Assembly (NCBI GenBank): GCA_017427285.1
Contig: JAFRTE010000007.1
Location: 134,035-198,034 of the forward strand
Direction: 5' to 3'
DNA length: 64,000 nt
Source of the DNA: Clostridia bacterium
Lineage (GTDB): Bacteria; Bacillota; Clostridia; Oscillospirales; UBA644
In this document: one piece after another, positions 45,675 through 54,858 of the stretch
How positions within the stretch are numbered: position 1 is the stretch's first letter
Layout: each line of letters begins with the position of its first letter
Made by a program: the position numbers and the translations under genes
The notes under the pieces: model-generated
Database searches by the model: none
The model's input: the letters and a program-made list of their open reading frames with translations, nothing else
Told to the model about the DNA's origin: nothing

Positions 45675-46385
45675 TTATCCGATTTTTTCTATGTAAGCGA
45701 TAAGGTCGTTAAAGCCGCCGTGAGGATACGCGGAAATATCCTCACCGGTTTTGTTTATAAGACAGTTTGTGAGCAAAAAGACGTTCATCCCCGTTTTTTT
45801 AGCGGGCATATCCTCGGAGACATCGTTGCCGACCATGATGCATTCTTCGGGAGCTTTACTGATCTTAGACAGTATTTCGAGATAATACGCCGGAAACGGC
45901 TTGCTGAAACGGCTGTTTTCGTACGCGGTGATAAGAGAAAAATATTTATCGTCAACGCCTGCCCACGACAGTCTTGCACACATCGCGGTATAAGGAAGCA
46001 AGGGATTTGTTGCGCAAACGACGGTCATACCCTTATTATACAGATATGCGACGGTTTTTGCCGCCATGGGGTCGTAACCGCAAACTTCTTTTGCAAGACC
46101 GTATTCGTTTGTATAATACGAGTCGAAAACGGGCATATGTTCGTATACCTTATCGCCGTGTATTTTAGAAAACTCTCTCCAGAATACCTCTTCGTTCGTT
46201 GCGCTCCCGTCGTTTTTAACCATATATTCGGTAGCCGCCCAAAGACTTGCGATAAACTCTTTTTTGCCGTATCCGAGAGGCTCGACTTTTTTTGCAAGGT
46301 TAGAGAGATAAACGTTAAGGTATTCTTCAAGATTCATCGGAAGCAACGTTCCGTCAAGGTCAAAAAGAACTGCTTTTATGGACAT
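45675..46385 (-). CDS. HAD-superfamily hydrolase
   Basis: Motif I VLFDLDGTLL and motif IV MVGNDVSED. Confidence 0.8.
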   Translation of the reverse strand: MSIKAVLFDLDGTLLPMNLEEYLNVYLSNLAKKVEPLGYGKKEFIASLWAATEYMVKNDGSATNEEVFWREFSKIHGDKVYEHMPVFDSYYTNEYGLAKEVCGYDPMAAKTVAYLYNKGMTVVCATNPLLPYTAMCARLSWAGVDDKYFSLITAYENSRFSKPFPAYYLEILSKISKAPEECIMVGNDVSEDMPAKKTGMNVFLLTNCLINKTGEDISAYPHGGFNDLIAYIEKIG

Positions 46386-46402
46386 TTGATAAGTTTCTCC
46401 GT

Positions 46403-47782
46403 TTATTTGTTATGATTTTCGCTTATATATCTTGCCACGTATACTCCGCTTGCCGACGCATGCGACAGCGAATGGGTAATTCCGCTGCAGTCGCCTATGA
46501 CGAAAAGTCCTTTATGGTTCGTTTCGAGATTTTCGCTGAGGGTGACTTCCATATTGTAAAATTTAACTTCGACACCGTAAAGGAGAGTGTCCCCCGAGGC
46601 CGTACCCGGAGCGATCTTATCGAGGGCGTAAATCATTTCGATAATACCGTCGAGTATCCTCTTGGGCATTACGAGACTGAGATCGCCGGGCGTTGCTGCG
46701 AAAGTGGGAACGGTAAACGATTCGCTAATTCTAGCAGCGGTGCTTCTGTGGCCCGAAACAAGGTCGCCGAAACGCTGGATTATTATACCGCCGCCTAGCA
46801 TATTCGAAAGACGCGCGATACTCTCGCCGTAACCGTTTGAATCTTTGAATGGTTCGGAAAAATGTTTGGCTACGAGAAGCGCGAAATTTGTATTTTCGGT
46901 CTGAAGCGCCGGGTCTTCGTAGCTGTGTCCGTTAACAGTAACGATACCGTTTGTATTTTCGCTTACGACAGCCCCGCGCGGATTCATGCAGAACGTTCTG
47001 ACAAGGTCGCCGTATTTTTCGGTACGGTAAACGATCTTGCTTTCGTAAAGCTCATCGGTAAGATGTGAAAAAAGAACTGCGGGCAGCTCGACTCTGACGC
47101 CTATATCGACTCTGTTGCTTTTTGTTGGTATATCCAGATCGCGGCAGACAGATTCCATCCACGAGCTTCCGCTTCTGCCTGCCGATATGATACATTTTTC
47201 GGCTTCGAAAACTTCGCCCTTTTCGGTCGTTATTCTGAAAAGACCGTCCGCTTTTTCAACTTTGACGGCGGGAGAATTGAATCTGAAATCTATTTTGTCT
47301 TTCAGCTCATTATAAAGATTATCGAGAACGATGTAATTGATATCCGTGCCGAGATGTCTGACGGAAGCGTCGAGAAGATGAAGGTTGTTTTGCAGACAGA
47401 GGGTTTTTATGGATGTGTTTGCGGTGCTGTATAGCTTCGTACCCTCTCCGCCGTATGCGAGATTGATGCCGTCAACGTAACGCATAAGCTCGATGGCCTG
47501 CTGTTTGCCGATATATTCATACAGAGTGCCGCCGAACTGATTTGTGATATTGTATTTACCGTCCGAAAACGCGCCTGCGCCTCCGAAACCGTTCATTATC
47601 GAGCACGGCTTGCAGTTGACGCAACTTTTTATCTTTTTGCCGTCTATAGGACATTTGCGTTTATTGAGCGGATTGCCGGCTTCGAGTACCGTGATATCGA
47701 GCTTAGGGTCAAGCTTGATAAGTTCGTAAGACGAAAAAATGCCGCCCGGGCCCGCTCCGATTATTACTATATCTTTTTTCAT
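46403..47782 (-). CDS. FAD-dependent oxidoreductase (COG2509-like)
   Basis: N-terminal VIIGAGPGGIF dinucleotide-binding motif. 459 aa. Confidence 0.65.
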   Translation of the reverse strand: MKKDIVIIGAGPGGIFSSYELIKLDPKLDITVLEAGNPLNKRKCPIDGKKIKSCVNCKPCSIMNGFGGAGAFSDGKYNITNQFGGTLYEYIGKQQAIELMRYVDGINLAYGGEGTKLYSTANTSIKTLCLQNNLHLLDASVRHLGTDINYIVLDNLYNELKDKIDFRFNSPAVKVEKADGLFRITTEKGEVFEAEKCIISAGRSGSSWMESVCRDLDIPTKSNRVDIGVRVELPAVLFSHLTDELYESKIVYRTEKYGDLVRTFCMNPRGAVVSENTNGIVTVNGHSYEDPALQTENTNFALLVAKHFSEPFKDSNGYGESIARLSNMLGGGIIIQRFGDLVSGHRSTAARISESFTVPTFAATPGDLSLVMPKRILDGIIEMIYALDKIAPGTASGDTLLYGVEVKFYNMEVTLSENLETNHKGLFVIGDCSGITHSLSHASASGVYVARYISENHNK

Positions 47783-47926
47783 TCGATCTTCTCCTTAAGG
47801 ATATCATGCCATATGCTCTATTATACAACAATTTAATAAAAAAATCAAGTAAAGAAGAAAAATCACTCCGAATTGTCAAAAAGAATGATGCAATCGGTAA
47901 ATTATTGTGAAATTTTAAAACAAGTA

Positions 47927-47954
47927 TTGACTTTCGGATAAAAATGAATATAAT
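47927..47954 (+). promoter_or_regulatory. cadC-cadA promoter
   Basis: TTGACT, 16-nt spacer, TATAAT. Confidence 0.6.
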
Positions 47955-47978
47955 ATAGTTGAACGATTGTTCAACTAT
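47955..47978. promoter_or_regulatory. Palindromic ArsR/SmtB-type operator
   Basis: ATAGTTGAAC-gatt-GTTCAACTAT, a perfect 10-4-10 palindrome immediately after the -10. Confidence 0.7.
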
Positions 47979-47997
47979 TTAATTTGGGAGCGTTAAA

Positions 47998-48351
47998 ATG
48001 AACGACGAAACTGTTTGTCAATGCGAAACCGTTCATGAAAATACGGTTAACAAAGCAAAAGAGAGTATGCTGGCGGAAAACTATTACGTTGCGCTTTCAA
48101 CTCTGTATAAAATGTTTGCCGATCCGACGAGGATAAAGGTGCTTCATGCGCTCGAACAGAGCGAAATGTGCGTTTGCGATCTTGCCGCCCTGCTCGGAAT
48201 GACCAAATCGGCGATCTCGCACCAGTTGAAGGCGCTTCGGTTACTTGACCTTGTAAAATTCAGAAAAGAAGGGCAAAACGTTTATTATTCGCTTGCCGAC
48301 GACCATGTTAAACAGATAATAGATATGGGGCTCGAGCATATAAACGAGTAA
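47998..48351 (+). CDS. cadC: ArsR/SmtB-family metal-sensing repressor (CadC-like)
   Basis: N-terminal Cys pair CQC, CVCDL metal site and HTH LGMTKSAISHQLKAL. Confidence 0.85.
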   Translation: MNDETVCQCETVHENTVNKAKESMLAENYYVALSTLYKMFADPTRIKVLHALEQSEMCVCDLAALLGMTKSAISHQLKALRLLDLVKFRKEGQNVYYSLADDHVKQIIDMGLEHINE

Positions 48352-48384
48352 TTTTGCAAACAGGTTTGGCGTTGTTATATCCGT

Positions 48385-48406
48385 TAGTTGAATAATTGAG
48401 CAACTA
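48385..48406. promoter_or_regulatory. Second, degenerate operator-like inverted repeat before cadA
   Basis: TAGTTGAAtaattgagCAACTA shares its half-sites with the 47955 operator. Confidence 0.4.
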
Positions 48407-48426
48407 TTTGTTTGAGAGGGAATATT

Positions 48427-50580
48427 ATGAAGAAGGATTACATTCTGAAGGGGCTTGACTGCCCAAACTGTTCGGCAAAAATCGAAGATGAAGTAAAAAA
48501 ACTCGATTACGTTGTTTTTGCAAGCGTAAATCTTATGCAGCAAAGTCTTGCCGTTGAATTTGAAGAAAAAAATGCTTCTGATATCGACAGAGACGTTGAA
48601 AAAATCGTGCATTCTCATGAACCCGACGTTGAAGTTTCTTTAAAAAACGCACACAATCACGAATGCGACAAAGACGAATTTATTGATGAATGCCGCGACT
48701 GTCAGGGGCATTGCCACGATGACGGCGACGATGATTTCAAGAGTGATCTGATAAAAATAATTATCGGCGCGGTAGTTTACGCGGCTGCTCTGATACTGAA
48801 CGCCGTTTTAGATCTGCCTTTTGCCGTATATATAACAATGCTTTTAGCGGCGTATGTAATTCTCGGCGGAGAGGTCGTTTTGCATGCGGTTAAAAACATT
48901 TTTCGTGGTCGGATTTTTGACGAAAACTTTCTTATGACTGTTTCGACAGTAGGCGCGTTTGCGATAGGAGAATATCCCGAAGCGGTTGCGGTCATGCTGT
49001 TTTATACCGTAGGCGAATTGTTTCAGGAACTCGCCGTACGCCGTTCGAGAAAATCAATAACCGAGCTTATGGATATAAGACCCGACAGGGCGACCGTGTT
49101 ACGGAACGGGGAACAGATGACCGTGTATCCCGACGAGGTCGAGCCGGGCGAAACGATCATTATCCGTCCGGGAGAAAAAATACCGCTTGACGGAATTATT
49201 ACCGACGGGGAATCGACGCTTGACACGAAAGCTATTACGGGAGAATCGGCGCCGAGAAACGTATTTTGCGGAGACGAGGTTTTGTCCGGAAGCATAAACG
49301 TTAACGGAGTAATAACCGTTAAAACAACAAAGAGCTTCGGCGAATCGACGGTATCGAAGATAATCGACCTTGTGCAGAACGCCTCTTCGAACAAAGCGCC
49401 GACGGAAAATTTCATCACAGCTTTTGCAAAATACTATACACCTGCGGTCGTTGCGGCAGCGGTGCTTCTTGCTGTAATCCCTCCCCTCTTTTTTAACGGA
49501 CTATGGTCCGACTGGCTTTACCGAGCTTTTTCTTTCCTTGTAATTTCGTGTCCGTGCGCACTCGTTATATCGATACCGCTTGCGTTTTTCGGAGGCATAG
49601 GCGCCGCATCGAAGCACGGAATACTTGTTAAAGGCGGCAATTACCTTGAAGCGTTAAACAAGGTTGAGACGGTAATTTTCGATAAAACCGGTACCATTAC
49701 GAAGGGTGTTTTCAAGGTATCAGAAACGGTCCCCGCCGAAGGAATTTCGGCTGACGAGCTGTCGGAAGCGGCGGCATATGCGGAATGTTTTTCAAACCAT
49801 CCCATCGCCATATCGGTTATCGAAAGCTACGGGAAGTCCGTTGACAGAGGCAGCATATCAGAGTATGAAGAGATTGCGGGTTACGGCATACGTGCTGTGA
49901 AAAACGGAGAAGAGATACTTGCCGGAAACGAAAAGCTGATGGAAAAACGGAAAATCGATTTTTCCGTTTGTGACGGTACGGGTACGAAGGTTTACATCGC
50001 AAAAGACGGCAGATATCTCGGATGTATCGTGATCTCCGACGAAATCAAGAAAGACAGCAAAAATGCGGTGTCCGATCTGAAAAAACTCGGCGTAAAAAAG
50101 ACCGTAATGCTGACGGGCGACAGCGAAATCATTGCAAAAGACATTTGTGAAAAAACGGGAATTGACGAGTTTTACGCATCTCTTCTTCCGGACGAAAAGG
50201 TCAAAATAATTGAAAAAATCAAGAAGGAAACGGATAACAGGAGTAAGATCGCATTTGCGGGCGACGGCATAAACGACGCTCCTTCGCTTGCCACAGCGGA
50301 TATAGGGATAGCGATGGGCGGAACGGGTTCCGACGCGGCGATAGAAGCGGCTGATTTTGTGCTGATGACAGACGAGCCATCCAAAATCGCCGAAGCGATT
50401 AAAATTGCGGGAGAAACGAAAAAAACGGTAATTGAAAACATAGTATTTGCGCTCGGCGTAAAAGCGATATTCCTGTTGTTGAGCGCATTCGGCGCGGCGA
50501 ATATGTGGATGGCTGTTTTTGCCGACGTCGGTGTTGCGCTGATTGCAATACTGAATTCGATCAGGATACTCAGGAAATGA
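48427..50580 (+). CDS. cadA: Heavy-metal (Cd/Zn/Co-type) translocating P1B-type ATPase
   Basis: N-terminal HMA domain with CPNC, plus CPC, DKTGT and GDGINDAP motifs. The ORF-track start is 48412. Confidence 0.9.
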   Translation: MKKDYILKGLDCPNCSAKIEDEVKKLDYVVFASVNLMQQSLAVEFEEKNASDIDRDVEKIVHSHEPDVEVSLKNAHNHECDKDEFIDECRDCQGHCHDDGDDDFKSDLIKIIIGAVVYAAALILNAVLDLPFAVYITMLLAAYVILGGEVVLHAVKNIFRGRIFDENFLMTVSTVGAFAIGEYPEAVAVMLFYTVGELFQELAVRRSRKSITELMDIRPDRATVLRNGEQMTVYPDEVEPGETIIIRPGEKIPLDGIITDGESTLDTKAITGESAPRNVFCGDEVLSGSINVNGVITVKTTKSFGESTVSKIIDLVQNASSNKAPTENFITAFAKYYTPAVVAAAVLLAVIPPLFFNGLWSDWLYRAFSFLVISCPCALVISIPLAFFGGIGAASKHGILVKGGNYLEALNKVETVIFDKTGTITKGVFKVSETVPAEGISADELSEAAAYAECFSNHPIAISVIESYGKSVDRGSISEYEEIAGYGIRAVKNGEEILAGNEKLMEKRKIDFSVCDGTGTKVYIAKDGRYLGCIVISDEIKKDSKNAVSDLKKLGVKKTVMLTGDSEIIAKDICEKTGIDEFYASLLPDEKVKIIEKIKKETDNRSKIAFAGDGINDAPSLATADIGIAMGGTGSDAAIEAADFVLMTDEPSKIAEAIKIAGETKKTVIENIVFALGVKAIFLLLSAFGAANMWMAVFADVGVALIAILNSIRILRK

Positions 50581-50600
50581 TCTTCAATAATCTATGAACG

Positions 50601-50640
50601 ATAAAACGAGCCTTATAAAGCTCGTTTTATTTGTTTTTTT
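50601..50640 (+). terminator. cadA terminator
   Basis: ATAAAACGAGC / GCTCGTTTTAT stem followed by TTGTTTTTTT. Confidence 0.7.
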
Positions 50641-50739
50641 AACAATTTTTGAATAATTATTGAAAATGATTGACAAAATTAAAAAAAAATGGTATCATTT
50701 ATTTAGTCAAGAATATTTATTCAGTCGGAGGTTTACTAT

Positions 50740-51498
50740 ATGAAGAAACTGACAATAATGATAATCGTTTCTGTTTTACTGTTATCGATTATTTTCTGCG
50801 GTTCCGGCTGCTCTAACGAAAACAATACTGAAGATCTTGACACATTGCTTCAAACAAAAGATGATGGTTCGAAAGGTCTTTTCGACGAACAGCAGATAAT
50901 AGAAGATAATCCAGGGGAAAACGACGTATTCGTAAGCGTATGGCCGGATGAATTCCCAGTTGCCGAAATGAATGGACATGTTTTTAATGACGGAAGACCT
51001 ATTGCATTTTATTACGAAATATCCCCCGGTCAATGGACAGCAGACTTTAAATACGAAAGTATGTATCTATATGATTTTCCTGATCCAGTGCCTTATTTCA
51101 ACCAATTCGGACGTTCGTTTCTTTTAGAAAAAAAAATCATTATTTTCAAATATAACAAACTCAGCAGGACAGACGACGGAATTGACGAAACTGTAGCCAT
51201 AACCAAAGAAGACTTTGATTTATTTATAGACAATCTGATTGCTGCTGACTATACAGATAACAGCGAGAGAACAGAAACGACGTATTACTGTGAAAAATAC
51301 GGCGTGGGAATAACGATCGCTCTCGCAGACGTTTTTCCGTTTGCGGACGACGATGAAAAATTACGAGCTTTTCCAACGGGAGTAGACTGCTGTTACGTCA
51401 AGCTGCAGCTTATCGATCCGGATTATGTGATGGATCTTGAGCAAATCAAGGCGGAAGAATATCAGAAATGGCTTGAAAAGCAAAAAGGGCAAAAATAA
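50740..51498 (+). CDS. Lipoprotein A1 of unknown function (paralogue of 52604-53320)
   Basis: GGAGG SD. Signal peptide with Cys lipobox. Shares VFVSVWPDE, SMYLYDFPDP, YYCEKYGVGITI and an identical C-terminus with A2. Confidence 0.75.
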   Translation: MKKLTIMIIVSVLLLSIIFCGSGCSNENNTEDLDTLLQTKDDGSKGLFDEQQIIEDNPGENDVFVSVWPDEFPVAEMNGHVFNDGRPIAFYYEISPGQWTADFKYESMYLYDFPDPVPYFNQFGRSFLLEKKIIIFKYNKLSRTDDGIDETVAITKEDFDLFIDNLIAADYTDNSERTETTYYCEKYGVGITIALADVFPFADDDEKLRAFPTGVDCCYVKLQLIDPDYVMDLEQIKAEEYQKWLEKQKGQK

Positions 51499-51661
51499 CA
51501 GACATGGCATGGAAAATCAGGTAAAACGTTTCATAATTTCATAAAAAGACAAAATCAATGTATTTTTATAAATAATCTATTAAATTTTGTATTAACACTC
51601 TTGACAAACAATTTAATAAATGCTATAATTTAATTACAAAATATAATATGGAGGAATAATT

Positions 51662-52057
51662 ATGAAAAAATGTTTATGTATGTTTTTAGCAGTTTTGCTC
51701 ATGTGTTGCAATTCAATCGGGTTTTCCGCAATAACAAACGAGTATGATTTACAAAGCAATTTTTACCATATCATCACGTTTTACCGAGAAATCAACACTG
51801 ATTATTATTTGGAAATAATCGCTGACGCGAATTGCTACGGCGGACAAACGAATCAGGGATTTGCCCTTGCATCCATAGAATATGACCACGCTATGCTGGC
51901 CAACGACTCTGACATGGGAACATCTATTTCAGTGAGTGCATCTGCCGGCAACAGTCAAAACACCTCCAGTAATCTTTATCCCGATGAGACCAAACGGGAA
52001 ATAAATCTATTAATCAGAGAAGCACGATGGAATGATTTTATCGATTCTGGAGAATAA
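51662..52057 (+). CDS. Small secreted protein B1 (paralogue of 52147-52533)
   Basis: GGAGG SD and signal peptide. Shares the CYGG..G.ALAS.EYDH.ML.NDSD core with B2. Confidence 0.7.
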   Translation: MKKCLCMFLAVLLMCCNSIGFSAITNEYDLQSNFYHIITFYREINTDYYLEIIADANCYGGQTNQGFALASIEYDHAMLANDSDMGTSISVSASAGNSQNTSSNLYPDETKREINLLIREARWNDFIDSGE

Positions 52058-52146
52058 ATCGACTAAATATTTCAGGATACACATAACATATGTTCAACTT
52101 CACGATCATTATTTTTGATTATTATAGAAAAGATGAGGTATGATTT

Positions 52147-52533
52147 ATGAGAAAAATAACAACTATTTTGCTTATAATACTTTTAGTGACCGCGAATGCA
52201 ATCTCAATGACGGCAATCGCTACAGAAGAGAACTCCGTTCAGACATCTTTTTATTACAATCTTACATTTAACAGAGTGATCGACGATAACAATTATTATA
52301 TGGAAGTATGCATAGATGCATATTGTTATGGTGGACATACCGGTGAAGGGGTTGCACTTGCTTCAGTTGAGTATGATCATGTTATGTTACATAATGATAG
52401 CGATACAGGAGCTTTTGTTACAGTCTGGGCACATGCCGGAGACTATCAGAGTATGCCTTGTCTTTTCCCAGACGCAAGCAAAAGAAGGGCAGTTTGGTCA
52501 ATTGTAGACCGCGGAGTTGATTTATTAAGCTGA
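52147..52533 (+). CDS. Small secreted protein B2
   Basis: GAGG SD and signal peptide. Paralogue of B1. Confidence 0.7.
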   Translation: MRKITTILLIILLVTANAISMTAIATEENSVQTSFYYNLTFNRVIDDNNYYMEVCIDAYCYGGHTGEGVALASVEYDHVMLHNDSDTGAFVTVWAHAGDYQSMPCLFPDASKRRAVWSIVDRGVDLLS

Positions 52534-52603
52534 TCAGGCTATAAATCCTCTGTAAGCCATAACATTTTTTCAACGGCTATTAAACAATTAGGGGGTTAAC
52601 ATT

Positions 52604-53320
52604 ATGAAACGACTTTTAGTTCTTCTTTCTTTTATTTTTCTAATATGCCTGACTTGCAGTTGCTCAACCGATACCAAACCATCAGAAATAGAGAATCTTT
52701 TAAGCGATAAGAAAGTATCCGAAACCAATAGCAACACACCAGATGTCATTCACGACGATAACGTATTTGTAAGCGTATGGCCGGATGAATTACCGGAAAC
52801 AAATTTTAACGGAGAAATCACTCGCAGAGGAAGACCTGTTCAATTTAATTATGAAATTGAGCCCGGCTATTGGACGAGCGAATGGCTCTATTCAAGCATG
52901 TATCTATATGATTTTCCGGATCCCGCACAGTTTTTTCATCGTTTCGGTTACTCAGCTGTCCTCGATATAAATGCCATACATTTTTACTATAACAATGTTA
53001 TTGAAGAAGACGGTAGTTTACCTGTACATATCGATATTACAAAGGAGGAATTCGCATCGTACATCGAAAAAGTAAAAGAAGCCGGATACACTGACAACAG
53101 CAGGCAAACCGAAACGTCCTATTACTGCGAAAAATACGGAGTAGGAATTACTATCGTTCTCGCAAAAGATTTTCCGTGGGTTGATGAGGACCCGAGACTT
53201 GAATTTTTTGGTGATTCCGACAGTATATATATACAGCTTCAACTGATCGATCCGGATTATGTGATGGATCTTGAGCAAATCAAGGCGGAAGAATACCAGA
53301 AATGGCTTGAAAAACAATAA
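52604..53320 (+). CDS. Lipoprotein A2 (paralogue of 50740-51498)
   Basis: GGGGG SD and signal peptide with lipobox. Its last ~72 nt are near-identical to A1. Confidence 0.75.
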   Translation: MKRLLVLLSFIFLICLTCSCSTDTKPSEIENLLSDKKVSETNSNTPDVIHDDNVFVSVWPDELPETNFNGEITRRGRPVQFNYEIEPGYWTSEWLYSSMYLYDFPDPAQFFHRFGYSAVLDINAIHFYYNNVIEEDGSLPVHIDITKEEFASYIEKVKEAGYTDNSRQTETSYYCEKYGVGITIVLAKDFPWVDEDPRLEFFGDSDSIYIQLQLIDPDYVMDLEQIKAEEYQKWLEKQ

Positions 53321-53335
53321 TACTTTAAAACTTAT

Positions 53336-53366
53336 ACAGAGGGCGAGACTGCGTCCTCTGTTTTTA
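53336..53366 (+). terminator. Terminator after A2
   Basis: ACAGAGG / CCTCTGT stem followed by TTTTT. Confidence 0.55.
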
Positions 53367-53370
53367 TAAT

Positions 53371-54852
53371 ATGACAGGATGTGATTATGTGACAGCATTT
53401 GATGAGTTTTTGAGATGCATGAAACGGAATGTTTCAACAACCGTCCTTACGGTGCTGCTGATCGTCTGCTGCATACTGTTTTTTTGTTACATTCTTTATT
53501 ATTACAACGTTGACGACGGCTCGGTAGTTATAAAAGAAAATGAAATGTATCTGGATCACACTATATTCAGATTCGGGAAAGCAGACTACTCTCTGTTTCA
53601 GTCGAAAGAAAATCCGCATATCGCCGTAAACCCTTTTGTCGACAACAAAACAGATGAGGAACTTTACGATCACGCTCTTTTGCTTGACCGTATGATAAAA
53701 GAAATACGCGAAAACGGATTTCTCGATTATTTTTTCAGCTCTACCAGTGTTCAGATCCCTTTTTCCGACGTAAATAATAATATAGAAATGCTGAAAGGAT
53801 ACGCTGAGCAGGGAGATCGCGCACGTTGGAGCCCGAAATATAAGGATGCGGGATACATTGTAGTCCAGGCGGCGGATGTAGACATGGGGTTTATTGAACA
53901 CTCCAACCTGATACTTTCTTCGGGAAGACTTTTGACGAAAGAAGATTTTGACGAGTTTTACGCAAATTATTCCGAAGGTGCCCCGCTCCCCGTTTTACTC
54001 GGAAATAAATATGCCGACTATTATAAAGTGGGAGATATTATACATACTTACAAATCTGTTTACGAACACGACCAAAAGTTCGAAAAATTTCAAAATCCCC
54101 CTCTTAAAGTTATAGGTATACTTGAAAAAGACACAATAGTTTTTAACTCATTCGTATCAGCGGGTACAAATATGCTTGAGAATCTTGACTACACTATTAT
54201 TATGCCGGAACGTTACTGGTCAAGAACGGTATCTGATTACGATATCAACAACGTTGCTGCCATCGCCGCTGTGGCGAGCATTATGCATGAAAAGCTGTTT
54301 ATAAACACCGCTTTTTACTTTGACAGAAGCAAACTTGAATACGGAAGGGATAAGCTGACGGAAATACTTGACAAATACGGGTTTACCGGATATTACACAG
54401 TCCAAAACAGCGATTACAGCGTTGAACTTTCGGAATCGATAATGAAAGAACGGGTAACGGGGCTTTCGGTAATGTCTGCGCTTGTGGGCGTATTTACTTT
54501 TTTTGCAATAGTGATAACTCAGCTCAATAAATACAACCGCAACAGAAAATCATATGCGATATATATGCTTACGGGACGGACGGTAAAAGATATAGTTTTG
54601 ATGGCTGTTTTTGACATAACTCTTCATTTTGCCGCAGCACTCTGTTTAAGTCATATTCCACTGATCATCCTTCTTTTTCCGGAAAGTTACGGGGGAACGA
54701 GACTCTTTAACATAATCAAAGCCGTATACAATCCCGAGCTATACGTATATATGCTTGTTTTAGGCGCTGCGCTTGCGCTCGTATGCGCCGTGCTGTGTTA
54801 TTTTACGGTAAGAAAAACGGACATAGTATCGCTGATCAAGGACGGAGAGTAA
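53371..54852 (+). CDS. FtsX/MacB-like permease-fold membrane protein (TM1, large extracytoplasmic domain, 3 TM)
   Basis: Topology read from the sequence. The C-terminal TM bundle has an FtsX-like pattern. A start at 53419 is possible. Confidence 0.55.
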   Translation: MTGCDYVTAFDEFLRCMKRNVSTTVLTVLLIVCCILFFCYILYYYNVDDGSVVIKENEMYLDHTIFRFGKADYSLFQSKENPHIAVNPFVDNKTDEELYDHALLLDRMIKEIRENGFLDYFFSSTSVQIPFSDVNNNIEMLKGYAEQGDRARWSPKYKDAGYIVVQAADVDMGFIEHSNLILSSGRLLTKEDFDEFYANYSEGAPLPVLLGNKYADYYKVGDIIHTYKSVYEHDQKFEKFQNPPLKVIGILEKDTIVFNSFVSAGTNMLENLDYTIIMPERYWSRTVSDYDINNVAAIAAVASIMHEKLFINTAFYFDRSKLEYGRDKLTEILDKYGFTGYYTVQNSDYSVELSESIMKERVTGLSVMSALVGVFTFFAIVITQLNKYNRNRKSYAIYMLTGRTVKDIVLMAVFDITLHFAAALCLSHIPLIILLFPESYGGTRLFNIIKAVYNPELYVYMLVLGAALALVCAVLCYFTVRKTDIVSLIKDGE

Positions 54853-54858
54853 GAGATC

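Noticed and set aside
45720-46415. 231-aa plus-strand ORF.
   Set aside because: It lies antisense to the HAD hydrolase gene, which carries canonical DxDGT and GDxxxD motifs.
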